Shown here in pieces: positions 24,341-38,549 of a stretch of 64,000 nt of DNA. Source of the stretch: Octopus vulgaris (taxonomy: Eukaryota); assembly GCA_951406725.2 (NCBI GenBank), contig OX597838.1:24614001-24678000 (forward strand), in the 5' to 3' direction. The first letter of the stretch is position 1; every line of letters begins with the position of its first letter. Both the position numbers and the translations under genes were made by a program. The notes below the pieces were generated by a model. That model was not told the origin of the DNA. It worked only from the letters and a program-made list of their open reading frames with translations, and ran no database searches.

Positions 24341-27300
24341 GTGAGTTGCCCTAGACGACCTTAAAGGGTTTCGCTTTCCAAGCCCGGTTAAATGTCCTGT
24401 GATATATATCTGCTTTTTCTTCTCAACTCTTCTTGTACGGTGCAGTCGGTTGACGAATGTGACAAATTCTTTGGTACGTTTTGAAAAAAAAAAAAAAAAA
24501 AATCCATGACATTTATTTAGTCAACATGTGAAAGACTAACAGATATATCGGTCTGTTTGCGATCTGTAGAACTATTTTTTTTTTTTAATCGCTGATCTGT
24601 CTTTCTCTGAATAACAGAGAACATCGTGAACAAATTTTTATAAAAGTTAAAACAATTATAGTGAAATAGATAACACCGAGAGACGAGTCGAGACAAGAAT
24701 GCAGTGATATTTCGTTGTTTCGACGGTATCTAGACAATAATAGCCGTAAATATTTCCCTGCTTAAAAATATTCCCCTCATCAATTAAATGGTTTGGGGTC
24801 TTAAAAATTCTATCTTTTCTTTCCCAGTTCTATTAACGTGATAATATATATATATATGTATATAAAATAAGCATTGTTCTCTAAAAGTATGGCTATTTTA
24901 ATAAATGTATGCGAACACTATCAGTAATGTAGATTTTTACCTTGTGTTAGAATTCGCTGATGGTATCGGGCTTTTCGTGTTTGTGTGTTTTCTTATTGGC
25001 TTGCTATTTTAGTTTCTATCCTAATCTACACGGAACGGATGAGCTAACTAGAAAGGCTTCTGTTTTCTTTCGATCTGCTAGAAATAGCAGCCAACTCTCC
25101 CTTATATCACAACCTTGTTTGAAGAAAAAAAAAAAAAAGGCGGCTTTCGATTATGAATCTAAAATAATAAATAGGTAAATAAAATTAAACAACGGTAGGT
25201 CGAAACACGAATGCTTTTGGTCATGCGTGTGTACGATCAGGTTTGACCCGGGACAAAACGTCACAACTCGAAATGGAAGTTTTTGTTAGTCGCCCAATAA
25301 CAGTACTTGTTATGTTATTTTATTCAAAGCAGAGGGTAACACAAGTCATAAATATGTATTTAAAGCTGGGTGAGTCGGTCGGTCGGATCTTTAAAAATAA
25401 TCTCTTAATAAATCGTTCAGTTGCGAACTTCTGTTAATAACTAACAAACAGCAATGTTGATAATGGTACAAACGTCTTCCTCTTCTTGAGGTAGTCAACA
25501 ATCTGCTTGGTTAATTTATTATTAGTCAGTTGGTTAGTGGCCGAGCCAGGTTGCGTCTTGACAAGCCATGAACTTGCTGTTTAATTATTAGTTTTGAAGC
25601 CAAGTTTAAAGAAGTCTTGAGTAATCTGCTATAAACAGAAAGAAGAAGAAGAAAAATCTTAAACGAAAGAGAGATAGGGAAGAAGAAATTCCCTTCCTCC
25701 GTGTTTTAACATTTCGATGCTTTATTATTACTTCGTCCGACTTCACGTTTCGAGTTCTAGTTCCGTCGAGGCCGCCTTGGTCCTTCATCGTTTCCGGGTC
25801 GATAAAATAAGTACCAGTTGAGTATTGGGGGGTCACTGTAATCAATTTATCCTCCCCCTTCGAAATTGCTTATTATTATTATTATTAAGGCGGCGAGCTG
25901 GCAGAATTGTTAGCACGCCGGGCAAAATACTTAGCGGCATTTCGTCTCTTGTTATGTTCTGGGTTCAAATTATGTATGTGTCAAATTATGTATGATTTCA
26001 CCTTTCATCCTTTTGGACTCGATAAAATAAGTACCAGTTGAGAACTGGGGATCAATGTAATCAATTTACCCACTCTGTTAGCATGCTGGACAAAGTGCTC
26101 AGAAGTATTTTGTCTGTCTTTATGTTCTGATTTCAAATTCCACTGAGGTTGACTCTGCATTTCATCCTTTCAAAACCAATAAAATAAGTACCAGTCAAGT
26201 ACTGGAGTCGATGAAACTGATGAGACCCCCCCCCACCCAAACACAAAAATTTCAGGCCTTGTGCCTATAGAGAGAATTCTTCTTATAGTAGTGAGCTGGC
26301 AGAATCATCAACATACCAGGCAAAATACTTACCAGCATTTTGTCTGTCTTTACATTCAGAGTTCAAACTCCACTGAAGTTGACTTTGCCTTTCATCCGTT
26401 CAGGGTCAATAAAATAAATACCAGTTGAGCACTGGGGTCGATGTAATCGACTTATCCCCTTCTCTGAAATTGCTGGCCTTGTGCCAAAATTTGAAGCCAT
26501 TATTATGATTATTATTATTAAAAACATCTGTTCTGTATTATGTAACATTATGCTTATAAATAAACTTGCTAAGCTATTGTTTTAGATAATAATATTGTGT
26601 GTGTGATGACTATAAAGAAAGGAAGTGGTGCTCTTAAAAAAGGTTTGTCTAGCACTTAAAACACACAAAAGGAATGATTTCATTGACAAGAAAATAAAAT
26701 ATAAAAACTGATTTGATTAATCATAAACCTAGATGATGATGATTAAAAAATGATAATCCTTTTTACTATAGATAGGCCAAAGGCCTGAAATTTTGGGGAA
26801 GTGGTCTGGTCAATTACATTGACTCCAATGTGTAACTGGTTCTTAGTTTATTGACCCCTGTAAGGATGTAAGGCAAAGTCCTAGGGGTTGAACCAGTAAA
26901 AGATTAAAAAGCCAATAATTATAACAATGATTTGTGAAGATGTCTGGTAAAGAGTAAAAACTCTATAATCAACCAATTTAACTGAGACACACTGTATTCC
27001 TGCTATAGCGGTAAAAGGTTAAACATCATCTCTGCTGGATTCCTGGTAAAGCAGTATTGAGCCACACACATATAAAAGGAAGATGTGGCTGATTCCGTCC
27101 ATTAGGATGCCTGCAGGCATCACCCTTGAGCTGTATTTTTCTTTTTATTCTTTTATTGGTTTGAGTCATTTGACTGCGGCCATGATGGAGCACCGCCTTT
27201 AGTTGAGCAAATCAACGCCAGGACTTATTCTTTGTTAGCCTAGTACTTATTCCATCAATCTCTTTTGCCGAACCATTAAGTTACGGGGACGTAAACACAC

Positions 27301-30300
27301 CAACATCGGTGGGAGACAAACACACACACACATACGACGGGCTTCTTTCAGTTTCCGTCTACCAAGTCCACTCTCAAGGCTTTGGTCGGCCCGAAGACAC
27401 TTGCCCAAGGTGCCACGCAGTGGGACTGAGGTGGGAGACAAACACAGACACATACACATACGACGGGCTTCTTTCAGTTTCCGTCTACCAAGTCCACTCA
27501 CAAGACTTTGGTCGGCCTGAAGACACTTGCTCAAGGTGCCACGCAATGGGACTGAATCCAGAACCATGTAGTTGGGAAGCAATCTTCTTGCCACACAGCC
27601 CCACCTATGCAACTGTTTATTTTTTTGCTCAGTGACCCAGGGGTCCAGGTCTGTGAGGGTTAATATTGGTTTCAAATTTTGGCACAAGGCCAGCAATTTG
27701 GTGGCGTGGGACTAAGTTGATTACATTGATCCCAGTGCTCAGCTAGTACCTATTTTATTGACACCGAAAGACTGAAAAGCTAAGTCAACCTTAGTGGAAT
27801 TTGAACTTAGAACATAAAGAAGGACGAAATGCTGCTAAGCATTTTGTCCAGCATGCTAATGGTTCTGCCAGCTCACTGCCTTTGACTAGGTTAACACTGA
27901 CTTAGTACAGACTCAACCTCAGATCACTTCTAATTTTTCCTAACAGTTTTAAAAAACCCTTCAAGACTGCCCCACCACGACTGCAATCCAATGACTGTAA
28001 CCGGTAAAAGATAAACGAGACAATAATTACAACAATTAATGATTTGTGGAGATGTTTGGTGAAGAATAAACACTCTATAATCAACCCAATTTAAACCACC
28101 CCCTAAAAAAAAAGAAAAAAAAACGTTTGCCCCCACAATCAATATAGAATTCATTTACATTCATCCACATCCTGAGGAAGAGTCTTCTTTCATAATCCCA
28201 TGTTGACACCTGTCTCCTCCACGTCTGCAAGTGTTCTTTTACCTTCTTTTCTTTGTTTCAGTTAATGGACTGTGGTCATGCTGGAGCAATGCCTTGAAGG
28301 GTTTTTAGTTGAACAGATCGATCCCAAAACTTATTCTTTTAGTCTGGTACTTATTCTGTTTGTCACTTTTGCCAGCAGATGATGTGTCGACAGGAGAAAT
28401 GGCAACATCACTGCTTGTGACTCGGTGATTTTCAGAGAAGTGCATATGTAAACACGTACATGCAAGTACATGCGCACTCACACATCATCGTCATCATCAT
28501 CGTTTGTCTGCTTTCGTTAGAGTTAATATTATTTTCTTCCCATAATGTTCTTTTTAGGATTAGCTGAGGTGTGGCTGTGTGGTAAGAAGCTTGCTTCCCA
28601 ACCACATGTTTCCAGGTTCAGTCTCACAGCGTGGCACCTTGGGCAATTGTCTTCTAGCCTTGGGCCGACCAAAGCCTTGTGAGTGGATGTGGTAGATGGA
28701 AACTGAAGGAAGCCTGTCGCGTATGTATGTGTGTGTGTCCCCGTGACTTAGCAGTTCTGCAAAAGAGACCGATAGAATAAGTTCTAGGCTTGAAAAATAA
28801 TAAGTCCTGGGGTTTATTTGTTCAGACTACCCTGGTTCTTATACTAAATGGAATCTACTTTCATCTGTAGGATCACTTCTTTCATCAGTTATATTCTTTG
28901 TAGTCGTATAGTCTTTACTCTTTTAGTTGTTTCAGTCATTTGACTGTGGCCATGCTGGAGCACCGTCTTTAGTTGAGCTAATCGACCCCAGGACTTATTC
29001 TTTGGAAGCCTAGTACTTATTCTATCGGTCTCTTTTGCTGAACCGCTAAATTACGGGGATGTAAACACACCAGCATCAGTTGTCAAGCGATGTTGGTGGG
29101 GGACAAACACAGACACACTAACATACACACACACACACATACACACAAACACACACACACATATATACGACGGGCTTCTTTCAGTTTCCGTCTACCAAAT
29201 CTACTCACAAAGCTTTGGTCGGCCCAAGGCTATAGTAGAAGACATATGCCCAAGGTTCCACGCAGTGGGACTGAACCTGGAACCATGTGGTTGATAAGCA
29301 AGCTACTTCCACACAGCCACTCCTACGCAGGAAAGTTTCATTTCCCAATGAACAAATATTTGATCAAATCATCTCAATACATCCCTAGAATGAGATAATC
29401 ACCTACCATTTTGGCATGAGATGAATGGTTTGACGGAACCTGAGTTGACTGGTTTGACGGGACCCTGGTTGAATGGTTTGATGGGACCCGAGTTGAATGG
29501 TTTGGCAGGCAGAGGACTATCTGGATCCAGTATCTGCTTTGGCTTGTTTTCTATGTTTGGATGCTCTTCCTAATGCCAACCACTACAAAAATGTATTGAG
29601 TGCTTTGTTTATGAGACCAGCACTTGAGAGGTCACCAAGTAGACTCACAACATATGACTCTTAGAGTGAGTAGGTTTAATAGAGAGGTGGCTTTATGTTG
29701 GGTGGCTGATTTATGATAAGGAGAAAGAAACAGATTTGTTGCTATAGAGGAAATACATGGCATGTCCCCAGCTGGCGAGAGATGATGATGTTGATGAAGT
29801 GTCAAAGTGTACCCTTGAGGTAAAAGAGATGAAAAGGGAGAGAATAGGGGACAGAAGATGGGAAACAGTTGGAAGGAGAGCGACAGATAGTTAGAGATGT
29901 GGATGGTGAACACAAGTGGAGGTGTGTTTAATGGTGAACATCAGTTGGGGTGGGGGAGCGGGGCAGGTGACGGAAATGGGAGTGGCTGAGAGAGGAGGAG
30001 GTGGTAGGTGGATGACTACAAAAAAAAATGGTTGATTGAGAGTGCAAACAAACAATTTACAGAGGATGACATCATCATCATCATTTAACGTCCGTTTTCC
30101 ATGCTAGCATGGGTTGGACAGTTCGACCGGGGTCTGGGAAGCCAGGAGGCTGCACCAGGCTCCAATCTGGTCTGGTAGTGTCTCTACAGCTGGATGTCCT
30201 TCCTAACGCCAACCACTCCGTGAATATAGTGGGTGCTTTTTACATGCTACCGGCACAGGGGCCAGAGGAGGCTGGCAAACGGCCATGATCGGTTGGTGCT

Positions 30301-30819
30301 TTTACGTGTCACTGACATGGACTCCAGTCAGGCGGCACTGGCATCTGCCACGTTCGGATGGTGCTTTTTATGTGTCACCGGCACAGGTATCTTAACTACA
30401 ATTTCCGAGACAAAATAATGTGTGATGAATGAAGGTAGAGGTGGTGGTGATGGGGAGCGTTGGATGTTTAGTGGGGAAAGGGCATTCAGTGGAAAATGAG
30501 GAGATTAAGGATGATATTGAGAATGCAGGTGGTAGAGGTGGGGGTTACAAAAAGGAAAAGGTTCTAAGTAGAGGAATAACTGGTTGCATAAAAGGAGGGT
30601 GGAATATGTGCAGTTCTACTTTCATTGAGTCGCCTTTTTTTTGTTCCATTTGGATTTCCTGACACATCTCTGCTCATTTGTTATATATATTTATATTTTT
30701 GTTAGTCTTTCCAAGAACTTCTGAACTTCAAAGGTTCAAAATTTGTATGGTATAAACTTTTAGCTACTAGGATTTAACTGTTGAAGATCAATACATGTTA
30801 ACAGTAATTTTACTAGAAA

Positions 30820-30872
30820 TATATTGTGTATGTATATATATATATATATATATAATGTATATATTGTATGTG

Positions 30873-30903
<31 letters not shown>

Positions 30904-31217
30904 TGTGTGTGTGTGTGTATATATATGTATATATTGTGTGTGTGTGTATATATATATTGTGTGTATATGTATATATATATATATAATGTATATATTGTGT
31001 ATATATATACATATATATATATATTGTGTGTATATATATATATAATGTATATATTGTGTATATATATATACATATATATATTGTGTATATATATATATAT
31101 AATGTATATATTGTGTGTATATATATATATATATATATAATGTATATATTGTGTGTGTATATATATATAATGTATATATTGTGTGTGTGTATATATATAT
31201 ATATAATGTATATATAT

Positions 31218-31256
<39 letters not shown>

Positions 31257-31330
31257 TGTGTGTATATATATATATATATGTATGTATATATTGTATATAC
31301 ATATATTTTATATGTTTATATATATATAAA
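30820..31330. repeat. Complex (TA)/(TG) microsatellite with higher-order unit ...tataatgtatatattgtgtg...
   Basis: Directly visible. Confidence 0.95.
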
Positions 31331-31827
31331 AATAAAATATTTATACTGTGTATCTGTACTTCCAGGGGCACCTTCCTTCAACCAATATAATGACACAAAT
31401 TCCCAAGAATAACAACATCAAGGTTTGTTTAATTATGATTTATTGATTGATTTGTTATTGTTTTGTCTGTTTGTCTATCTATCTATTTTTTAATTAAATA
31501 TCTGCCTTATTTTCAAAACAACCTTCTTGACACCTGTTTCTGTTCCCTCCTCCCATCATACTCTAAGTTACTCCTCACCTGGCACAAAGCCACCTCCCTC
31601 AGTTCTACTCCACTCAGTTGAGTGAGAGGATCAAGTGGGACTTGACATGCAATTTACACAGTGATCTCTTTAGTGCTGTTGCCCCAGAAAAAGCACCCAG
31701 TACATTCTGCATAGTTGTGGGCATCCAGCCATATGAACCCTGCCAAAATAGACATTGGAGTTTGGGTGCAGCATCTCCAGTTGAACCATCTGGCCCATAC
31801 AAGCATGGAGAATAGCTGTTAGATGAC

Positions 31828-32252
31828 CATTTAAAAACATACAAAAACCATTAGATTCACTTCAACATTTAAATTTAATTTGTGTCAAAATATTTTCGCC
31901 GCCTTGGAACCACGACTTGTTCATCATCATCATCATCATCGTCGTTTAGCATCCGTTTTCCATGCTAGCATGGGTTGGACGGTTCTACTGGGGTCTGTGA
32001 AGCCAGAAGGCTTCATCAGGCCCAGTCAAATCTGGCAGTGTTTCTACGGCTGGATGCCCTTCCTAACGCCAACCACTCCGTGAGTGTAGTGGGTGCTTTT
32101 TACGTGCCACCCAAAATTCACTGACAAAATTTCATGACGCTGCACGAAATTTTATCAGTGAACAGGTCACGGTTTCAAAGCGACAAAAATATTTTGACAC
32201 AAATAAAATTTGAATGTTGAAGTGAATCTAATGGTTTTTGTGTTTTTAAATG
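31828..32252. repeat. Fold-back (palindromic) element, about 95-bp arms, interrupted by a family-C SINE
   Basis: 31828-31923 is reverse complement of 32159-32252; central palindrome 32117-32162. Confidence 0.85.
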
Positions 32253-32554
32253 ATTTATAAACACCTTCCATGCTGCAATTGTTTTTGTTTCAGCACTCAA
32301 TCTCAGATCAAATCACTTGCTATGCAAGTACATTTCTGTAATTATTATTATTATTTTTGTTATTATTGAGGTGGCTTGCTGGCAGAACTGTTAGCATGAC
32401 AATCAAAATTTTTAGCAGCATCTTGTCCAGCTTTATGTCCTGAGTTCAAATTCCACCAAGGTCAGCTTTGCCTTTCATCCTTTCAGGGTTGATCAAATAA
32501 GTACCAGTTGAGTATTGCGGTTGATGTAATTAACTTTGTTTCCCTGGTAGAAAG

Positions 32555-32585
<31 letters not shown>

Positions 32586-32759
32586 GCTTTTGACCAACTT
32601 TGCCTTTTATTATTTCATGGTCAGTAAATTCAGTACCAGCGAAACACTGGGGTTGATGTTATCGACTATCCTCCTCTCCCAAAATTTCAGGCCCTGTGCC
32701 TATTAGTAGAAAGGATCATCATCATCATCGTCACCAATATCATCATTCATCATTATCGA

Positions 32760-33152
32760 GCATTTGTCTTATGAAGAAAGGATGAAGACGCTCGACCTTT
32801 ATTCTCTAGAAAAACGCCGCCACCATGGTGATCTCATTCTTGCTCACAACATCATAAGCGGAAAGTGTAACCTCTTGAAAGAGCTGTTCTTCACTCCTGC
32901 TCCAGAACGTGGGCTGCGGGGTCACTCCGAAAAGCTCTATCTGCGACGATTTCATCTCAGTCGAAGGAGAGGAGCTTTCTCCGTCCGGGTTGCGGATCCG
33001 TGGAATAAGCTGCCGGCGACCGCTCAGTTCAAAGTCTCTCTTGACCAGAAATGGCCTGAACTCTTTGCATGAACACCCTCCCTGTACATAACTCTATGTC
33101 CCCCTACATGGCCTTGCTTTTTGCTTTTTGAGCCAAAAAATTAACTTAACTT
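32760..33152 (+). mobile_element. 5'-truncated CR1-clade LINE 3' end
   Basis: SYEERMKTLDLYSLEKRR..GDLI..., FSVRVADPWNKLP; (TTAAC)n tail. Confidence 0.88.
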
Positions 33153-33185
33153 ATCTCTTTTTCTTTCTTTCTTTTTTCATTTCAG

Positions 33186-33378
33186 ACTCACCCAAGTGTG
33201 AGGATCAAAGGAACTGAAACCAATTTCAACCCAGTCATGTGTTTGGATTTATCGTGTTCGAATCAAAATCCTCATATGCATTGTCCATTTTGTGTGAAGT
33301 CTGAATCTTATCAAGATCCTGTCATTCTCAAAGTCCACTACCGAGTGAAACATGTAGACAAGGGGATAGAATTTGCTG
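33186..33378 (+). CDS. Zinc-finger gene exon 2 (finger 1: CLDLSC..HMHCPFC..HYRVKH)
   Basis: ttcag acceptor, G|gtatgt donor. Confidence 0.85.
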
Positions 33379-34251
33379 GTATGTTGCTCTTATTTTTTCC
33401 GTTAAAAAATTTGCAAATATTTCTTAAAAATTTAGAGCTGTTATCTATCTTTTACTTGTTTCAGTCATTGGAGGGTGGCCATGCTGGGGCACTACCTTAA
33501 AAGAGTTTGCTTTACTTACTTTTTTTACTTGTTTCAGTCATTTTGACTGCGGCCATGCTGGAGCACCACCTTTAGTCGAGCAAATCGACCCCAGCACTTA
33601 TTCTTTGTAAGCCTACTACTTATATATATATATATATGTATATATATAGAACAGGATTCTTTCAGTTTCTGTCTACCAAATCCACTCACAAGGCTTTGGT
33701 CGGCCCAAGGCTATAGTAGAAGACACTTGCCCAAGGTGCCACGCAGTGGGACTGAACCCGGAACCATGTGGTTGGTAAGCAAGCTACTTACCACACAGCC
33801 ACTCCTGCGCCTTTAGTTGAACAAATTGACCCCAGCATTTAATATTTTTTAAAAACCTTCTGGTACTTATTCTATCTGTCTCTTTTGCTGAACTGCTAAA
33901 CCAGAAGGATGTAAATAAACCAACACTGGTTGTTTGTTTACGTATGTTGGGAGAAGATATCAAACATGGACACCAAGACAAACACATAACACATATATGT
34001 ATATATATCCTGCCCACAACAGAATTGAAATTTTAAAACCAAGGTCCCATGTAAAAAGCGTTGGTATTGGTGATGGTGCCATGTAAAAAGCGCCCAGTAT
34101 GCTCTGTTAAGTGGTTGGCACTAGGAAAGACATCCAGCCATAGAAACCAAACCAAAACAGATTATGGAAGCTGGTGCAGCCCCTGGCTTTGCCAATTTCT
34201 GTCAAGCTGTCCAACCTATGTTGATGATGATGATACACACACACACACACA

Positions 34252-34589
34252 TAGGGTGGAGCAGAGAGGACGGACGTTTTTGAAATGGCTATTATTCAGC
34301 CCCAGGAGGAGGGACATACGTCTGACAGGTACCATTTGGTCTGTGGTATCTTAGTATTTTTTCTCCTTTTCAGGTGAAGCCATGACACTGAACGATAGAG
34401 CATTGCGTGCTTACCTACGACAGTTACGTGAAGAATAACGAGTCTGTCACAGAAGTTCAGCATGAGTTTCGGCGCCACTTCAATGTTCACCGAAATCAGG
34501 CTGTTGCCACCCGTAACACAATCTTACGTTGGGTGAATGCACTTTGTACATGAGGAACACTAATGAATAGGAGACTGGTAGGGGTACCA
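34252..34589 (+). mobile_element. 5' fragment of Tc1/mariner-superfamily element (DUF4817-like HTH: ESVTEVQHEFRRHF..TILRWV)
   Basis: TAGGGTG terminus and translated N-terminal HTH with stop. Confidence 0.65.
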
Positions 34590-35473
34590 TTCTTTAGAAG
34601 CCTAGTACTTATTCTATCAGTCTCTTTTGCTGAACCACTAAGTTTCAGGGATGTAAACACACCACCATCAGTTGTCAAGCGATGTTGGGGAGACAAACAT
34701 ATACACACATATACATATGTATATACATATATATGATGGCCTCGTGCCGGTGGCACGTAAAAAGCACCATCCGATCGTGGCCGTTGCCAGCCTCGCCTGG
34801 CACGTAAAAAGCACCCACTACACTCACGGAGTTGTTGGCGTTAGGAAGGGCATCCAGCCATAGAAACATTGCCAGATCAGACTGGGCCTGGTGGGGCTGC
34901 TGGCTTCCCAGACCCCAGTTGAACCGTCCAACCCATGCTAGCATGGAAAACGGACGCTAAACGATGATGATGATGATGAGAGAGGCTTCTTTCAATTTCC
35001 GTCTACCAAAAACACTCACAAGGCTTTGGTCGACCCGAGGCTATAGTAGAAGACACTTGCCCAAGGTACCACGCAATGGGAATGAACCCGGAACCATGTG
35101 GTTGGTAAGCAAGTTACTTACCACACAGCCACTCCTGCACCTGAATTTTTTTTTGTGATTCTGTCAATTAGTTTGCCTGCAATGAACAAATATGGGAATT
35201 GAGAGACAGGCCTGTTGTTATTTTCCTGAATGTTTTTTTTTTTTTGTGATTCTGTTCATTTGCCAGTAATTATTACGCTTGAGCTGAATATGCAACTATT
35301 TATTTTTTTTTGCTCAGGAGCCCAGATGAAGGGTAAAGTTAGACGTAGGGACCCAGGTCTGAGAGGGTTTAAAAACTACAGTATTTAATGATCAAACTAT
35401 GTTTTATTGACCACCATGTATTTTAATTAATTAATTAATGTTTTGTGTTTTAATAATGTTGTTGCTGTGACAG

Positions 35474-35664
35474 GTTTAAAGATTTTACGCTGCTGTGACC
35501 ACTGCGACATAGTAGGAATTATCAAAGGTGAGAAGAAGTTCAAGAGGGCCCACTGGCACTGTTACAAATGCCGAAATGGTTTCAACAGACGTGATGAGGC
35601 GATAAAACATTATAAAACACATTTTAGAAATCCACAGACAACATTCCAAATACAGATTGCTCAG
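35474..35664 (+). CDS. Zinc-finger gene exon 3 (finger 2: CCDHC..HWHCYKC..HYKTH)
   Basis: acag acceptor, CAG|gtgagt donor, phase fits. Confidence 0.88.
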
Positions 35665-36351
35665 GTGAGTCGAATGAAACTTCTGTATCCTATTTCTTTC
35701 TTTATTCCCATTTGAACTTAGATTATCATCATCATCATCGTTTAACGTCTGCTTTCCATGCTAGCATGGGTTGGACGATTTGACTGAGGTCTGGCGAACC
35801 AGATGGCTGCACCGGACTCCAATCTGATCTGGCAGAGTTTCTACAGCTGGATGCCCTTCCTAACGCCAACCACTCCGAGAGTGTAGTGGGTGCTTTTACG
35901 TTCCACCGGCACGAGGGCCAGTTAGGTGGTACTGGCAATGGCCACGCTCAAATGGTGCTTTTTATGTGCCACCTGCACAGGAGCCAGTCCAGCGGCACTG
36001 GCAACGACCTTGCTTGAAAGTTTTTTTTTCACATGCCACCAGCACGAGTGCTTGTAGGGCGATGCAGGTAACGATCACGTTTGAATGGTGTTTTTAACGT
36101 GCCATCGGCATGATGGCCAGCTTAAGCTTTTCTGTGGTAGATGCTGTGAGAAAAATTCCCATATAGGCTTTTGGTGCAAAATGCATGCTTGTTTATATCG
36201 ATGGTGAGGAGATAAACCCCCACTAACTCCAGCTCCACCAGATCATGTGATTTTGACCTTCCTTGGTCACCCCAGACTCTTTGCTTCCAATTGCTGTCAT
36301 GCTTTTGCATGTCCAGTCTGTATCCCTCACATTTTTTCTCTTTCATCCTAG

Positions 36352-36487
36352 GAAGTCACTCAAGCATCGAACGCAGGGGCTGAAGACCAAGCCGCCACTC
36401 ACACAATCAGTCAAGAAGAAGTATCCATCCATCCAGTTCTTACAGAAGCAGCCATATTGTCAAGTCCTAACACAGATGAACAGAACA
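36352..36487 (+). CDS. Zinc-finger gene exon 4 (EVTQASNAGAEDQ...DEQN)
   Basis: Pyrimidine tract + ctag acceptor, gtaagt donor, open in required phase. Confidence 0.8.
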
Positions 36488-37215
36488 GTAAGTTGTCGTA
36501 AATAGTTTCATTTGTCTGTACAGGTGAGGGCAAAGCCCTATGAGTATATGTAGCTCAAGTGGGTTGAGGTTGGGAGAGCAACTGTACATCACAAAACACC
36601 CACCAGTAGCAGGTGACTGCAGGAGTTATACAACATGAAGTACAGCCCTGACAGAGCAGACCTATGTTAAAAAAAAAAGCCTTCCAGCCATGACCATCAC
36701 GTCTATTGTTTCTAATACTACATTACTTATTGCAGTCCATGATATCATCATTTTCCTATTTAAAATAGGTTATGATTTAATAGAAATTTGACTGTTATTT
36801 TTGGCTGGCTGAGAGCCCACATAGAGAGTGCATTGTTGGTTGGATGCCCTTCCTAATGCCAACCACTTTACAGAGTGTGCTGGTTGCTTTTTACATGTCA
36901 TCGGCATGGGCGCGTTTCCGCAGCATGGCACCTGTAAAGGACAAGCCTGTATGTATAGAGAACAGCAACTTTACTTAGCTTGATGTGTCTCCTTAAATAC
37001 AGCAGATCATCACAGCTTCTGGTTCCTTGTCATTTCCTAAGAGAGGCCCAGTGCCTGAAGATCCTTTCTCACCTCTTCATCCTACATAGGTTCCCTCCAC
37101 AATTACAGCTTGGAACTGTTTTATGCAGCTGTGCTCATCCATATGTTTCTTCTTTTCTTGATATTTATTTTCCTTTTTCAGTCTAATCTCTTGCTTTTTT
37201 TTTTTCCTCTTGCAG

Positions 37216-37397
37216 CCTACGTAAGTCGGACATCAAATAATATTTTGAGCAACGGCAAGTCTCCCGACAGAGCTGTGCACGTATCTGTGGCTGCAAATGA
37301 GACAGTAGACACGACAGACAGCCAAACTATCATGATCATCAAAGAAGACATTACAGACATCAACAACTCCTTCACCACCCAAATTGTCTCGAATGAT
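37216..37397 (+). CDS. Zinc-finger gene exon 5 (YVSRTSNN...TIMIIKED...VSND)
   Basis: tgcag acceptor, gtaagt donor, phase fits. Confidence 0.82.
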
Positions 37398-37577
37398 GTA
37401 AGTTGGTGAGATCTTACAAACCATTTGTCAGTGTTCTAATAGCATTAGCTACTTTTAACATACACTTTTTCATCTAACTCATGCTAGCATGGTAAAACAG
37501 ACATAAAACAAATGAATATATGAACATACATACATACATAGATACATACACACATACACACACACACATTATTTTTA

Positions 37578-38310
37578 CAGGGTGTGGTCAATAAAATATT
37601 GTCTAAATTATGCAAAAATGAAAATAACACTGACATCTCATTTTTACAGATATATTCACCAAAATTACATAAAAATATTTATAAATACTAAAGAGTAAAT
37701 TTATTCAGTAAAATCACCATTGGCTTCAACTACGGCCTCCAAACAACTTCAGAATCTCCTGCAACTCTTCTGGATGGTCTCCTTGTTGAAGTTGGTGAAT
37801 GCTGCCATAATCCTTGCCGTCAGTCCATCTTTGGTGTTACAAGTTTTGTTGGTCTCTCGTTCAACTGTGCCCCACACATAATAATCAAGGAGGTTGCACA
37901 GGTGTTAGGGATGATGTGGTTACAGAAATTGTCTGACAGCCATAATTCGGTTCTCCTGCTTGTGTGGCATGGTGCAGAGTCCAGTTGCCAGACATAGGGT
38001 CTTCCAGCAGCCACCCTCTTGACCCAAAGCAGCACTACCTCCTCCAGGCACTTGATGTAGGCCTCCGTGTTGAGTCTGAAGTTATGTGGGAAGATGAATG
38101 GCAGCATAATGTTGACTGTATGTTTGATTTTTATCACTCTCGGTACATGTTTTGGGGACACAGTAAGCCAACGGTTGTTCTGTGTGTTCACCATCTGATC
38201 CTGGCAGAAATTTTTCTCGTCTGAGAAAACCCAAAGCATATTTGGTTGGAGGGGATGCTTGAGTTTGTTCAAAAGCTTCTTAGCGCAGTGTTTCCTTTTG
38301 TTCTGTTGCA
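37578..38310 (-). mobile_element. 3' part of maT/DD37D-like Tc1-mariner element (pseudo-transposase); related fragment at ~51890-52011
   Basis: WVFSDEKNF, WQLDSAPCH, LDYYVWG motifs; TA-CAGGGTG terminus. Confidence 0.8.
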
Positions 38311-38414
38311 TGGATGGATCTTCTTGGTATATTCCTGTTCTTTTTCTTTCAAATTGTAATTCTTGTTGGCTTTTGTTACACCATATGCTTTGGTTTTCAT
38401 ATTTTTGATCCTAG

Positions 38415-38549
38415 GACGTAACAATATTTAATAATAAACTCTCAGAAAAAGAGTATGCATTGCTTCAAGACAAATACGATCAATTGGCACTCGACAAAGC
38501 TCAACAGGAACAAGATTTCAAGGCAGAAATTGAGCAACTCAAGCTACAG
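38415..38549 (+). CDS. Zinc-finger gene exon 6 (coiled coil, ..LQDKYDQLALDKAQQEQDFKAEIEQLKLQ)
   Basis: ctag acceptor, CAG|gtaagc donor. Confidence 0.85.

Noticed and set aside
26892-28093. Two diverged ~90-bp intronic copies (26892-26980, 28001-28093) as C/D snoRNAs
   Set aside because: No proper box C (RTGATGA) and box D pair in both copies; likely an old local duplication
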